Below, piece after piece: positions 1 to 13,427 of a DNA stretch of 64,000 nt. The notes beneath the pieces are model-generated. The model saw only the letters and a list, made by a program, of their open reading frames with translations, was not told the origin of the DNA and ran no database searches. The DNA comes from Eledone cirrhosa (lineage: Eukaryota): the NCBI GenBank assembly GCA_964016885.1, contig OZ024758.1, positions 36,084,001 through 36,148,000 of the forward strand, in the 5' to 3' direction. Each line of letters begins with the position of its first letter. The stretch's first letter is position 1. The translations under genes and the position numbers were made by a program.

Positions 1-2373
1 ATGGTACTAGCTGTCAGAAGTAACCCCAATGTTGGTGAGAATTCATTTAAGTTCATGGTATTAGCTGTCAGAAGTCACTCCAATGTTGGTGAGAATTCAT
101 TTAAGTTCATGGTATTAGCTGTCAGAAGTAACTCCACTGTTGGTGAGAATTCATTTAAGTTCATGGTATTAGCTGTCAGAAGTAACTCCACTGTTGGTGA
201 GAATTCATTTAAGTTCATGGTATTAGCTGTCAGAAGTAACTCCACTGTTGGTGAGAATTCATTTAAGTTCATGGTATTAGCTGTCAGAAGGAACTCCAAT
301 GTTGGTGAGAATTCATTTAAGTCATGGTACTAGCTGTCAGAAGTAACTCCACTGTTGGTGAGAATTCATTTAAGTTCATGGTATTAGCTGTCAGAAGGAA
401 CGCCACTGTTGGTGAGAATTCATTTAAATTCATGGTATTAGCTGTCAGAAGTAACTCCACTGTTGGTGAGTATTCATTTAAGTTCATTGTATTAGCTGTC
501 AGAAGGAACGCCACTGTTGGTGAGAATTCATTTAAGTTCATGGTATTAGCTGTCAGAAGTAACTCCACTGTTGGTGAGAATTCATTTAAGTTCATGGTAC
601 TAGCTGTCAGAAGTAACTCCAATGTTGGTGAGAATTCATTTAAGTTCATGGTATTAGCTGTCAGAAGGAACTCCACTGTTGCTGAGAATTCATTTAAGTT
701 CATGGTATTAGCTGTCAGAAGTAACTCCACTGTTGGTGAGAATTCATTTAAGTTCATGGTACTAGCTGTCAGAAGTCACTCCACTGTTGGTGAGAATACA
801 TTTAAGTTCATGGTACTAGCTGTCAGAAGTAACCCCAATGTTGGTGAGAATTCATTTAAGTTCATGGTATTAGCTGTCAGAAGTAACTTCACTGTTGGTG
901 AGAATTCATTTAAGTTCATGGTACTAGCTGTCAGAAGTAACTCCAATGTTGGTGAGAATTCATTTAAGTTCATGGTATTAGCTGTCAGAAGGAACTCCAC
1001 TGTTGCTGAGAATTCATTTAAGTTCATGGTATTTGCTGTCAGAAGTAACTCCACTGTTGGTGAGAATTCATTTAAGTTCATGGTACTAGCTGTCAGAAGT
1101 CACTCCACTGTTGGTGAGAATACATTTAAGTTCATGGTACTAGCTGTCAGAAGTAACTCCAATGTTGGTGAGAATTCATTTAAGTTCATGGTATTAGCTG
1201 TCAGAAGTCACTCCAATGTTGGTGAGAATTCATTTAAGTTCATGGTATTAGCTGTCAGAAGTAACTCCACTGTTGGTAAGAATTCATTTAAGTTCATGGT
1301 ATTAGCTGTCAGAAGTAACTCCACTGTTGGTGAGAATTCATTTAAGTTCATGGTATTAGCTGTCAGAAGGAACGCCACTGTTGGTGAGAATTCATTTAAG
1401 TTCATGGTATTAGCTGTCAGAAGTAACTCCACTGTTGGTGAGAATTCATTTAAGTTCATGGTACTAGCTGTCAGAAGTAACCCCAATGTTGGTGAGAATT
1501 CATTTAAGTTCATGGTATTAGCTGTCAGAAGTCACTCCAATGTTGGTGAGAATTCATTTAAGTTCATGGTATTAGCTGTCAGAAGTCACTCCAATGTTGG
1601 TGAGAATTCATTTAAGTTCATGGTATTAGCTGTCAGATGTCACTCCAATGTTGGTGAGAATTCATTTAAGTTCATGGTATTAGCTGTCAGAAGTAACTCC
1701 ACTGTTGGTGAGAATTCATTTAAGTTCATGGTATTAGCTGTCAGAAGTAACTCCACTGTTGGTGAGAATTCATTTAAGTTCATGGTATTAGCTGTCAGAA
1801 GTCACTCCACTGTTGGTGAGAATTCATTTAAGTTCATGGTACTAGCTGTCAGAAGTAACCCCAATGTTGGTGAGAATTCATTTAAGTTCATGGTATTAGC
1901 TGTCAGAAGTCACTCCAATGTTGGTGAGAATTAATTTAAGTTCATGGTATTAGCTGTCAGAAGTAACTCCACTGTTGGTGAGAATTCATTTAAGTCATGG
2001 TATTAGCTGTCAGAAGTAACTCCAATGTTGGTGAGAATTCATTTAAGTTCATGGTATTAGCTGTCAGAAGTCACTCCACTGTTGGTGAGAATTCATTTAA
2101 GTTCATGGTACTAGCTGTCAGAAGTAACCCCAATGTTGGTGAGAATTCATTTAAGTTCATGGTATTAGCTGTCAGAAGTCACTCCAATGTTGGTGAGAAT
2201 TCATTTAAGTTCATGGTATTAGCTGTCAGAAGTAACTCCACTGTTGGTGAGAATTCATTTAAGTTCATGGTATTAGCTGTCAGAAGTAACTCCACTGTTG
2301 GTGAGAATTCATTTAAGTTCATGGTATTAGCTGTCAGAAGTAACTCCACTGTTGGTGAGAATTCATTTAAGTC

Positions 2374-2804
2374 ATGGTATTAGCTGTCAGAAGTAACTCC
2401 AATGTTGGTGAGAATTCATTTAAGTTCATGGTATTAGCTGTCAGAAGTCACTCCACTGTTGGTGAGAATTCATTTAAGTTCATGGTACTAGCTGTCAGAA
2501 GTAACCCCAATGTTGGTGAGAATTCATTTAAGTTCATGGTATTAGCTGTCAGAAGTCACTCCAATGTTGGTGAGAATTCATTTAAGTTCATGGTATTAGC
2601 TGTCAGAAGTAACTCCACTGTTGGTGAGAATTCATTTAAGTTCATGGTATTAGCTGTCAGAAGTAACTCCACTGTTGGTGAGAATTCATTTAAGTTCATG
2701 GTATTAGCTGTCAGAAGTAACTCCACTGTTGGTGAGAATTCATTTAAGTTCATGGTATTAGCTGTCAGAAGGAACTCCAATGTTGGTGAGAATTCATTTA
2801 AGTC
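2374..2804. repeat. Representative copy of the recurrent 431-bp 8-monomer block (7x54 + 53 bp)
   Basis: The monomer order is fixed: AAC-TCC-AAT, CAC-TCC-ACT, CTA/AAC-CCC-AAT, CAC-TCC-AAT, 3x consensus, then AGG-AAC-TCC-AAT with the deletion. It appears as identical or near-identical 146-aa ORFs starting at 2374, 4422, 7010, 9167, 11486, 14075, 16232, 19198, 20707, 22486, 26099, 28256, 32192, 34944, 42063, 45298, 46699, 49934, 52523, 58185 and 59803. Confidence 0.9.
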
Positions 2805-5283
2805 ATGGTACTAGCTGTCAGAAGTAACTCCACTGTTGGTGAGAATTCATTTAAGTTCATGGTATTAGCTGTCAGAAGGAACGCCACTGTTGGTGAGAAT
2901 TCATTTAAATTCATGGTATTAGCTGTCAGAAGTAACTCCACTGTTGGTGAGAATTCATTTAAGTTCATGGTACTAGCTGTCAGAAGTAACTCCACTGTTG
3001 GTGAGAATTCATTTAAGTTCATGGTACTAGCTGTCAGAAGTAACTCCACTGTTGGTGAGAATTCATTTAAGTTCATGGTATTAGCTGTCAGAAGTCACTC
3101 CAATGTTGGTGAGAATTCATTTAAGTTCATGGTATTAGCTGTCAGAAGTCACTCCACTGTTGGTGAGAATTCATTTAAGTCATGGTATTAGCTGTCAGAA
3201 GTAACTCCAATGTTGGTGAGAATTCATTTAAGTTCATGGTATTAGCTGTCAGAAGTCACTCCACTGTTGGTGAGAATTCATTTAAGTTCATGGTACTAGC
3301 TGTCAGAAGTAACCCCAATGTTGGTGAGAATTCATTTAAGTTCATGGTATTAACTGTCAGAAGTCACTCCAATGTTGGTGAGAATTCATTTAAGTTCATG
3401 GTATTAGCTGTCAGAATTAACTCCACTGTTGGTGAGAATTCATTTAAGTTCATGGTATTAGCTGTCAGAAGTAACTCCACTGTTGGTGAGAATTCATTTA
3501 AGTTCATGGTATTAGCTGTCAGAAGTAACTCCACTGTTGGTGAGAATTCATTTAAGTTCATGGTATTAGCTGTCAGAAGTAACTCCACTGTTGGTGAGAA
3601 TTCATTTAAGTTCATGGTATTAGTTTGTCAGAAGTAACTCCACTGTTGGTGAGAATTCATTTAAGTCATGGTATTAGTTGTCAGAAGTAACCCCAATGTT
3701 GGTGAGAATTCATTTAAGTTCATGGTATTAGCTGTCAGAAGTAACTCCACTGTTGGTGAGAATTCATTTAAGTTCATGGTACTAGCTGTCAGAAGTAACT
3801 CCAATGTTGGTGAGAATTCATTTAAGTCATGGTATTAGCTGTCAGAAGTAACTCCAATGTTGGTGAGAATTCATTTAAGTTCATGGTATTAGCTGTCAGA
3901 AGTCACTCCACTGTTGGTGAGAATTCATTTAAGTTCATGGTACTAGCTGTCAGAAGTAACCCCAATGTTGGTGAGAATTCATTTAAGTTCATGGTACTAG
4001 CTGTCAGAAGTAACTCCACTGTTGGTGAGAATTCATTTAAGTTCATGGTATTAGCTGTCAGAAGTCACTCCAATGTTGGTGAGAATTCATTTAAGTTCAT
4101 GGTATTAGCTGTCAGAAGTCACTCCACTGTTGGTGAGAATTCATTTAAGTTCATGGTACTAGCTGTCAGAAGTAACCCCAATGTTGTTGAGAATTCATTT
4201 AAGTTCATGGTATTAGCTGTCAGATGTCACTCCAATGTTGGTGAGAATTCATTTAAGTTCATGGTATTAGCTGTCAGAGGTAACTCCACTGTTGGTGAGA
4301 ATTCATTTAAGTTCATGGTATTAGCTGTCAGAAGTAACTCCACTGTTGGTGAGAATTCATTTAAGTTCATGGTATTAGCTGTCAGAAGTAACTCCACTGT
4401 TGGTGAGAATTCATTTAAGTCATGGTATTAGCTGTCAGAAGTAACTCCAATGTTGGTGAGAATTCATTTAAGTTCATGGTATTAGCTGTCAGAAGTCACT
4501 CCACTGTTGGTGAGAATTCATTTAAGTTCATGGTACTAGCTGTCAGAAGTAACCCCAATGTTGGTGAGAATTCATTTAAGTTCATGGTATTAGCTGTCAG
4601 AAGTCACTCCAATGTTGGTGAGAATTCATTTAAGTTCATGGTATTAGCTGTCAGAAGTAACTCCACTGTTGGTGAGAATTCATTTAAGTTCATGGTATTA
4701 GCTGTCAGAAGTAACTCCACTGTTGGTGAGAATTCATTTAAGTTCATGGTATTAGCTGTCAGAAGTAACTCCACTGTTGGTGAGAATTCATTTAAGTTCA
4801 TGGTATTAGCTGTCAGAAGGAACTCCAATGTTGGTGAGAATTCATTTAAGTCATGGTACTAGCTGTCAGAAGTAACTCCACTGTTGGTGAGAATTCATTT
4901 AAGTTCATGGTATTAGCTGTCAGAAGGAACGCCACTGTTGGTGAGAATTCATTTAAATTCATGGTATTAGCTGTCAGAAGTAACTCCACTGTTGGTGAGA
5001 ATTCATTTAAGTTCATGGTACTAGCTGTCAGAAGTAACTCCAATGTTGGTGAGAATTCATTTAAGCTCATGGTATTAGCTGTCAGAAGTAACTCCACTGT
5101 TGGCGAGAATTCATTTAAGTTCATGATATTAGCTGTCAGAAGTCACTCCAATGTTGGTGAGAATTCATTTGAGTCATGGTACTAGCTGTCAGAAGTAACT
5201 CCACTGTTGGTGAGAATTCATTTAAGTTCATTGTATTAGCTGTCAGAAGGAACGCCACTGTTGGTGAGAATTCATTTAAGTTC

Positions 5284-5931
5284 ATGGTATTAGCTGTCAG
5301 AAGTAACTCCACTGTTGGTGAGAATTCATTTAAGTTCATGGTACTAGCTGTCAGAAGTAACTCCAATGTTGGTGAGAATTCATTTAAGTTCATGGTATTA
5401 GCTGTCAGAAGGAACTCCACTGTTGCTGAGAATTCATTTAAGTTCATGGTATTAGCTGTCAGAAGTAACTCCACTGTTGGTGAGAATTCATTTAAGTTCA
5501 TGGTACTAGCTGTCAGAAGTCACTCCACTGTTGGTGAGAATACATTTAAGTTCATGGTACTAGCTGTCAGAAGTAACCCCAATGTTGGTGAGAATTCATT
5601 TAAGTTCATGGTATTAGCTGTCAGAAGTAACTCCACTGTTGGTGAGAATTCATTTAAGTTCATGGTACTAGCTGTCAGAAGTAACTCCAATGTTGGTGAG
5701 AATTCATTTAAGTTCATGGTATTAGCTGTCAGAAGGAACTCCACTGTTGCTGAGAATTCATTTAAGTTCATGGTATTAGCTGTCAGAAGTAACTCCACTG
5801 TTGGTGAGAATTCATTTAAGTTCATGGTACTAGCTGTCAGAAGTCACTCCACTGTTGGTGAGAATACATTTAAGTTCATGGTACTAGCTGTCAGAAGTAA
5901 CCCCAATGTTGGTGAGAATTCATTTAAGTTC
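5284..5931. repeat. Tandem doublet of a 324-bp 6-monomer unit
   Basis: The markers GTTGCTGAG and GAGAATACA each recur at 324-bp spacing (GAATACA near 5540 and 5864). The same doublet occurs near 0.55-1.2, 10.0-10.7, 14.9-15.6, 27.0-27.6, 35.6-36.2 and 53.2-53.8 kb. Confidence 0.8.
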
Positions 5932-8900
5932 ATGGTATTAGCTGTCAGAAGTCACTCCAATGTTGGTGAGAATTCATTTAAGTTCATGGTATTAGCTGTC
6001 AGAAGTAACTCCACTGTTGGTGAGAATTCATTTAAGTTCATGGTATTAGCTGTCAGAAGGAACGCCACTGTTGGTGAGAATTCATTTAAGTTCATGGTAT
6101 TAGCTGTCAGAAGTAACTCCACTGTTGGTGAGAATTCATTTAAGTTCATGGTACTAGCTGTCAGAAGTAACTCCACTGTTGGTGAGAATTCATTTAAGTT
6201 CATGGTATTAGCTGTCAGAAGTCACTCCAATGTTGGTGAGAATTCATTTAAGTTCATGGTATTAGCTGTCAGAAGTCACTCCACTGTTGGTGAGAATTCA
6301 TTTAAGTTCATGGTACTAGCTGTCAGAAGTAACCCCAATGTTGGTGAGAATTCATTTAAGTTCATGGTATTAGCTGTCAGAAGTAACTCCACTGTTGGTG
6401 AGAATTCATTTAAGTTCATGGTATTAGCTGTCAGAAGTCACTCCACTGTTGGTGAGAATTCATTTAAGTTCATGGTACTAGCTGTCAGAAGTAACCCCAA
6501 TGTTGGTGAGAATTCATTTAAGTTCATGGTATTAGCTGTCAGAAGTCACTCCAATGTTGGTGAGAATTCATTTAAGTTCATGGTATTAGCTGTCAGAAGT
6601 AACTCCACTGTTGGTGAGAATTCATTTAAGTCATGGTATTAGCTGTCAGAAGTAACTCCAATGTTGGTGAGAATTCATTTAAGTTCATGGTATTAGCTGT
6701 CAGAAGTCACTCCACTGTTGGTGAGAATTCATTTAAGTTCATGGTACTAGCTGTCAGAAGTAACCCCAATGTTGGTGAGAATTCATTTAAGTTCATGGTA
6801 TTAGCTGTCAGAAGTCACTCCAATGTTGGTGAGAATTCATTTAAGTTCATGGTATTAGCTGTCAGAAGTAACTCCACTGTTGGTGAGAATTCATTTAAGT
6901 TCATGGTATTAGCTGTCAGAAGTAACTCCACTGTTGGTGAGAATTCATTTAAGTTCATGGTATTAGCTGTCAGAAGTAACTCCACTGTTGGTGAGAATTC
7001 ATTTAAGTCATGGTATTAGCTGTCAGAAGTAACTCCAATGTTGGTGAGAATTCATTTAAGTTCATGGTATTAGCTGTCAGAAGTCACTCCACTGTTGGTG
7101 AGAATTCATTTAAGTTCATGGTACTAGCTGTCAGAAGTAACCCCAATGTTGGTGAGAATTCATTTAAGTTCATGGTATTAGCTGTCAGAAGTCACTCCAA
7201 TGTTGGTGAGAATTCATTTAAGTTCATGGTATTAGCTGTCAGAAGTAACTCCACTGTTGGTGAGAATTCATTTAAGTTCATGGTATTAGCTGTCAGAAGT
7301 AACTCCACTGTTGGTGAGAATTCATTTAAGTTCATGGTATTAGCTGTCAGAAGTAACTCCACTGTTGGTGAGAATTCATTTAAGTTCATGGTATTAGCTG
7401 TCAGAAGGAACTCCAATGTTGGTGAGAATTCATTTAAGTCATGGTACTAGCTGTCAGAAGTAACTCCACTGTTGGTGAGAATTCATTTAAGTTCATGGTA
7501 TTAGCTGTCAGAAGGAACGCCACTGTTGCTGAGAATTCATTTAAATTCATGGTATTAGCTGTCAGAAGTAACTCCACTGTTGGTGAGAATTCATTTAAGT
7601 TCATGGTACTAGCTGTCAGAAGTAACTCCACTGTTGGTGAGAATTCATTTAAGTTCATGGTACTAGCTGTCAGAAGTAACTCCACTGTTGGTGAGAATTC
7701 ATTTAAGTTCATGGTATTAGCTGTCAGAAGTCACTCCAATGTTGGTGAGAATTCATTTAAGTTCATGGTATTAGCTGTCAGAAGTCACTCCACTGTTGGT
7801 GAGAATTCATTTAAGTCATGGTATTAGCTGTCAGAAGTAACTCCAATGTTGGTGAGAATTCATTTAAGTTCATGGTATTAGCTGTCAGAAGTCACTCCAC
7901 TGTTGGTGAGAATTCATTTAAGTTCATGGTACTAGCTGTCAGAAGTAACCCCAATGTTGGTGAGAATTCATTTAAGTTCATGGTATTAACTGTCAGAAGT
8001 CACTCCAATGTTGGTGAGAATTCATTTAAGTTCATGGTATTAGCTGTCAGAAGTAACTCCACTGTTGGTGAGAATTCATTTAAGTTCATGGTATTAGCTG
8101 TCAGAAGTAACTCCACTGTTGGTGAGAATTCATTTAAGTTCATGGTATTAGCTGTCAGAAGTAACTCCACTGTTGGTGAGAATTCATTTAAGTTCATGGT
8201 ATTAGCTGTCAGAAGTAACTCCACTGTTGGTGAGAATTCATTTAAGTTCATGGTATTAGCTGTCAGAAGGAACGCCACTGTTGGTGAGAATTCATTTAAA
8301 TTCATGGTATTAGCTGTCAGAAGTAACTCCACTGTTGGTGAGAATTCATTTAAGTTCATGGTACTAGCTGTCAGAAGTAACTCCAATGTTGGTGAGAATT
8401 CATTTAAGTTCATGGTATTAGCTGTCAGAAGGAATTCCACTGTTGCTGAGAATTCATTTAAGTTCATGGTATTAGCTGTCAGAAGTAACTCCACTGTTGG
8501 TGAGAATTCATTTAAGTTCATGGTACTAGCTGTCAGAAGTAACTCCACTGTTGGTGAGAATTCATTTAAGTTCATGGTATTAGCTGTCAGAAGTCACTCC
8601 AATGTTGGTGAGAATTCATTTAAGTTCATGGTATTAGCTGTCAGAAGTCACTCCACTGTTGGTGAGAATTCATTTAAGTTCATGGTACTAGCTGTCAGAA
8701 GTAACCCCAATGTTGGTGAGAATTCATTTAAGTTCATGGTACTAGCTGTCAGAAGTAACTCCACTGTTGGTGAGAATTCATTTAAGTTCATGGTATTAGC
8801 TGTCAGAAGTCACTCCAATGTTGGTGAGAATTCATTTAAGTTCATGGTATTAGCTGTCAGAAGTCACTCCACTGTTGGTGAGAATTCATTTAAGTTCATG

Positions 8901-11900
8901 GTACTAGCTGTCAGAAGTAACCCCAATGTTGTTGAGAATTCATTTAAGTTCATGGTATTAGCTGTCAGAAGTCACTCCAATGTTGGTGAGAATTCATTTA
9001 AGTTCATGGTATTAGCTGTCAGAAGTAACTCCACTGTTGGTGAGAATTCATTTAAGTTCATGGTATTAGCTGTCAGAAGTAACTCCACTGTTGGTGAGAA
9101 TTCATTTAAGTTCATGGTATTAGCTGTCAGAAGTAACTCCACTGTTGGTGAGAATTCATTTAAGTCATGGTATTAGCTGTCAGAAGTAACTCCAATGTTG
9201 GTGAGAATTCATTTAAGTTCATGGTATTAGCTGTCAGAAGTCACTCCACTGTTGGTGAGAATTCATTTAAGTTCATGGTACTAGCTGTCAGAAGTAACCC
9301 CAATGTTGGTGAGAATTCATTTAAGTTCATGGTATTAGCTGTCAGAAGTCACTCCAATGTTGGTGAGAATTCATTTAAGTTCATGGTATTAGCTGTCAGA
9401 AGTAACTCCACTGTTGGTGAGAATTCATTTAAGTTCATGGTATTAGCTGTCAGAAGTAACTCCACTGTTGGTGAGAATTCATTTAAGTTCATGGTATTAG
9501 CTGTCAGAAGTAACTCCACTGTTGGTGAGAATTCATTTAAGTTCATGGTATTAGCTGTCAGAAGGAACTCCAATGTTGGTGAGAATTCATTTAAGTCATG
9601 GTACTAGCTGTCAGAAGTAACTCCACTGTTGGTGAGAATTCATTTAAGTTCATGGTATTAGCTGTCAGAAGGAACGCCACTGTTGGTGAGAATTCATTTA
9701 AATTCATGGTATTAGCTGTCAGAAGTAACTCCACTGTTGGTGAGAATTCATTTAAGTTCATGGTACTAGCTGTCAGAAGTAACTCCAATGTTGGTGAGAA
9801 TTCATTTAAGCTCATGGTATTAGCTGTCAGAAGTAACTCCACTGTTGGCGAGAATTCATTTAAGTTCATGGTATTAGCTGTCAGAAGTCACTCCAATGTT
9901 GGTGAGAATTCATTTGAGTCATGGTACTAGCTGTCAGAAGTAACTCCACTGTTGGTGAGAATTCATTTAAGTTCATTGTATTAGCTGTCAGAAGGAACGC
10001 CACTGTTGGTGAGAATTCATTTAAGTTCATGGTATTAGCTGTCAGAAGTAACTCCACTGTTGGTGAGAATTCATTTAAGTTCATGGTACTAGCTGTCAGA
10101 AGTAACTCCAATGTTGGTGAGAATTCATTTAAGTTCATGGTATTAGCTGTCAGAAGGAACTCCACTGTTGCTGAGAATTCATTTAAGTTCATGGTATTAG
10201 CTGTCAGAAGTAACTCCACTGTTGGTGAGAATTCATTTAAGTTCATGGTACTAGCTGTCAGAAGTCACTCCACTGTTGGTGAGAATACATTTAAGTTCAT
10301 GGTACTAGCTGTCAGAAGTAACCCCAATGTTGGTGAGAATTCATTTAAGTTCATGGTATTAGCTGTCAGAAGTAACTCCACTGTTGGTGAGAATTCATTT
10401 AAGTTCATGGTACTAGCTGTCAGAAGTAACTCCAATGTTGGTGAGAATTCATTTAAGTTCATGGTATTAGCTGTCAGAAGGAACTCCACTGTTGCTGAGA
10501 ATTCATTTAAGTTCATGGTATTAGCTGTCAGAAGTAACTCCACTGTTGGTGAGAATTCATTTAAGTTCATGGTACTAGCTGTCAGAAGTCACTCCACTGT
10601 TGGTGAGAATACATTTAAGTTCATGGTACTAGCTGTCAGAAGTAACCCCAATGTTGGTGAGAATTCATTTAAGTTCATGGTATTAGCTGTCAGAAGTCAC
10701 TCCAATGTTGGTGAGAATTCATTTAAGTTCATGGTATTAGCTGTCAGAAGTAACTCCACTGTTGGTGAGAATTCATTTAAGTTCATGGTATTAGCTGTCA
10801 GAAGGAACGCCACTGTTGGTGAGAATTCATTTAAGTTCATGGTATTAGCTGTCAGAAGTAACTCCACTGTTGGTGAGAATTCATTTAAGTTCATGGTACT
10901 AGCTGTCAGAAGTAACTCCACTGTTGGTGAGAATTCATTTAAGTTCATGGTATTAGCTGTCAGAAGTCACTCCAATGTTGGTGAGAATTCATTTAAGTTC
11001 ATGGTATTAGCTGTCAGAAGTCACTCCACTGTTGGTGAGAATTCATTTAAGTTCATGGTACTAGCTGTCAGAAGTAACCCCAATGTTGGTGAGAATTCAT
11101 TTAAGTTCATGGTATTAGCTGTCAGAAGTCACTCCAATGTTGGTGAGAATTCATTTAAGTTCATGGTATTAGCTGTCAGAAGTCACTCCACTGTTGGTGA
11201 GAATTCATTTAAGTTCATGGTACTAGCTGTCAGAAGTAACCCCAATGTTGGTGAGAATTCATTTAAGTTCATGGTATTAGCTGTCAGAAGTCACTCCAAT
11301 GTTGGTGAGAATTCATTTAAGTTCATGGTATTAGCTGTCAGAAGTAACTCCACTGTTGGTGAGAATTCATTTAAGTTCATGGTATTAGCTGTCAGAAGTA
11401 ACTCCACTGTTGGTGAGAATTCATTTAAGTTCATGGTATTAGCTGTCAGAAGTAACTCCACTGTTGGTGAGAATTCATTTAAGTCATGGTATTAGCTGTC
11501 AGAAGTAACTCCAATGTTGGTGAGAATTCATTTAAGTTCATGGTATTAGCTGTCAGAAGTCACTCCACTGTTGGTGAGAATTCATTTAAGTTCATGGTAC
11601 TAGCTGTCAGAAGTAACCCCAATGTTGGTGAGAATTCATTTAAGTTCATGGTATTAGCTGTCAGAAGTCACTCCAATGTTGGTGAGAATTCATTTAAGTT
11701 CATGGTATTAGCTGTCAGAAGTAACTCCACTGTTGGTGAGAATTCATTTAAGTTCATGGTATTAGCTGTCAGAAGTAACTCCACTGTTGGTGAGAATTCA
11801 TTTAAGTTCATGGTATTAGCTGTCAGAAGTAACTCCACTGTTGGTGAGAATTCATTTAAGTTCATGGTATTAGCTGTCAGAAGGAACTCCAATGTTGGTG

Positions 11901-13427
11901 AGAATTCATTTAAGTCATGGTACTAGCTGTCAGAAGTAACTCCACTGTTGGTGAGAATTCATTTAAGTTCATGGTATTAGCTGTCAGAAGGAACGCCACT
12001 GTTGGTGAGAATTCATTTAAATTCATGGTATTAGCTGTCAGAAGTAACTCCACTGTTGGTGAGAATTCATTTAAGTTCATGGTACTAGCTGTCAGAAGTA
12101 ACTCCACTGTTGGTGAGAATTCATTTAAGTTCATGGTACTAGCTGTCAGAAGTAACTCCACTGTTGGTGAGAATTCATTTAAGTTCATGGTATTAGCTGT
12201 CAGAAGTCACTCCAATGTTGGTGAGAATTCATTTAAGTTCATGGTATTAGCTGTCAGAAGTCACTCCACTGTTGGTGAGAATTCATTTAAGTTCATGGTA
12301 TTAGCTGTCAGAAGTCACTCCACTGTTGGTGAGAATTCATTTAAGTCATGGTATTAGCTGTCAGAAGTAACTCCAATGTTGGTGAGAATTCATTTAAGTT
12401 CATGGTATTAGCTGTCAGAAGTCACTCCACTGTTGGTGAGAATTCATTTAAGTTCATGGTACTAGCTGTCAGAAGTAACCCCAATGTTGGTGAGAATTCA
12501 TTTAAGTTCATGGTATTAACTGTCAGAAGTCACTCCAATGTTGGTGAGAATTCATTTAAGTTCATGGTATTAGCTGTCAGAAGTAACTCCACTGTTGGTG
12601 AGAATTCATTTAAGTTCATGGTATTAGCTGTCAGAAGTAACTCCACTGTTGGTGAGAATTCATTTAAGTTCATGGTATTAGCTGTCAGAAGTAACTCCAC
12701 TGTTGGTGAGAATTCATTTAAGTTCATGGTATTAGCTGTCAGAAGGAACGCCACTGTTGGTGAGAATTCATTTAAATTCATGGTATTAGCTGTCAGAAGT
12801 AACTCCACTGTTGGTGAGAATTCATTTAAGTTCATGGTACTAGCTGTCAGAAGTAACTCCAATGTTGGTGAGAATTCATTTAAGTTCATGGTATTAGCTG
12901 TCAGAAGGAATTCCACTGTTGCTGAGAATTCATTTAAGTTCATGGTATTAGCTGTCAGAAGTAACTCCACTGTTGGTGAGAATTCATTTAAGTTCATGGT
13001 ACTAGCTGTCAGAAGTAACTCCACTGTTGGTGAGAATTCATTTAAGTTCATGGTATTAGCTGTCAGAAGTCACTCCAATGTTGGTGAGAATTCATTTAAG
13101 TTCATGGTATTAGCTGTCAGAAGTCACTCCACTGTTGGTGAGAATTCATTTAAGTTCATGGTACTAGCTGTCAGAAGTAACCCCAATGTTGGTGAGAATT
13201 CATTTAAGTTCATGGTATTAGCTGTCAGAAGTCACTCCAATGTTGGTGAGAATTCATTTAAGTTCATGGTATTAGCTGTCAGAAGTAACTCCACTGTTGG
13301 TGAGAATTCATTTAAGTTCATGGTATTAGTTTGTCAGAAGTAACTCCACTGTTGGTGAGAATTCATTTAAGTTCATGGTACTAGCTGTCAGAAGTAACTC
13401 CAATGTTGGTGAGAATTCATTTAAGTC

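Noticed and set aside
1-3. Window starting exactly on ATG as a gene start
   Set aside because: Every monomer has this ATG, and position 1 corresponds to the third monomer of the usual octamer, so the array evidently continues upstream.
131-152. Hairpin or terminator from CTCCAC-TGTTG-GTGAG and the GAATTC palindrome
   Set aside because: The stem is only about 5 bp with a bulge and is disrupted by the very common C29A variant. There are no compensatory changes and no proper U-tract, so it is too weak to call.
8429-8456. Variant monomer with two EcoRI sites (GGAATTCCACTGTTGCTGAGAATTC) as a special element
   Set aside because: It is a single C>T change in the AGG/GCT monomer type, propagated with its block (also near 12.9, 24.8, 30.4, 39.0, 43.5 and 48.1 kb). 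It is useful as a marker only.
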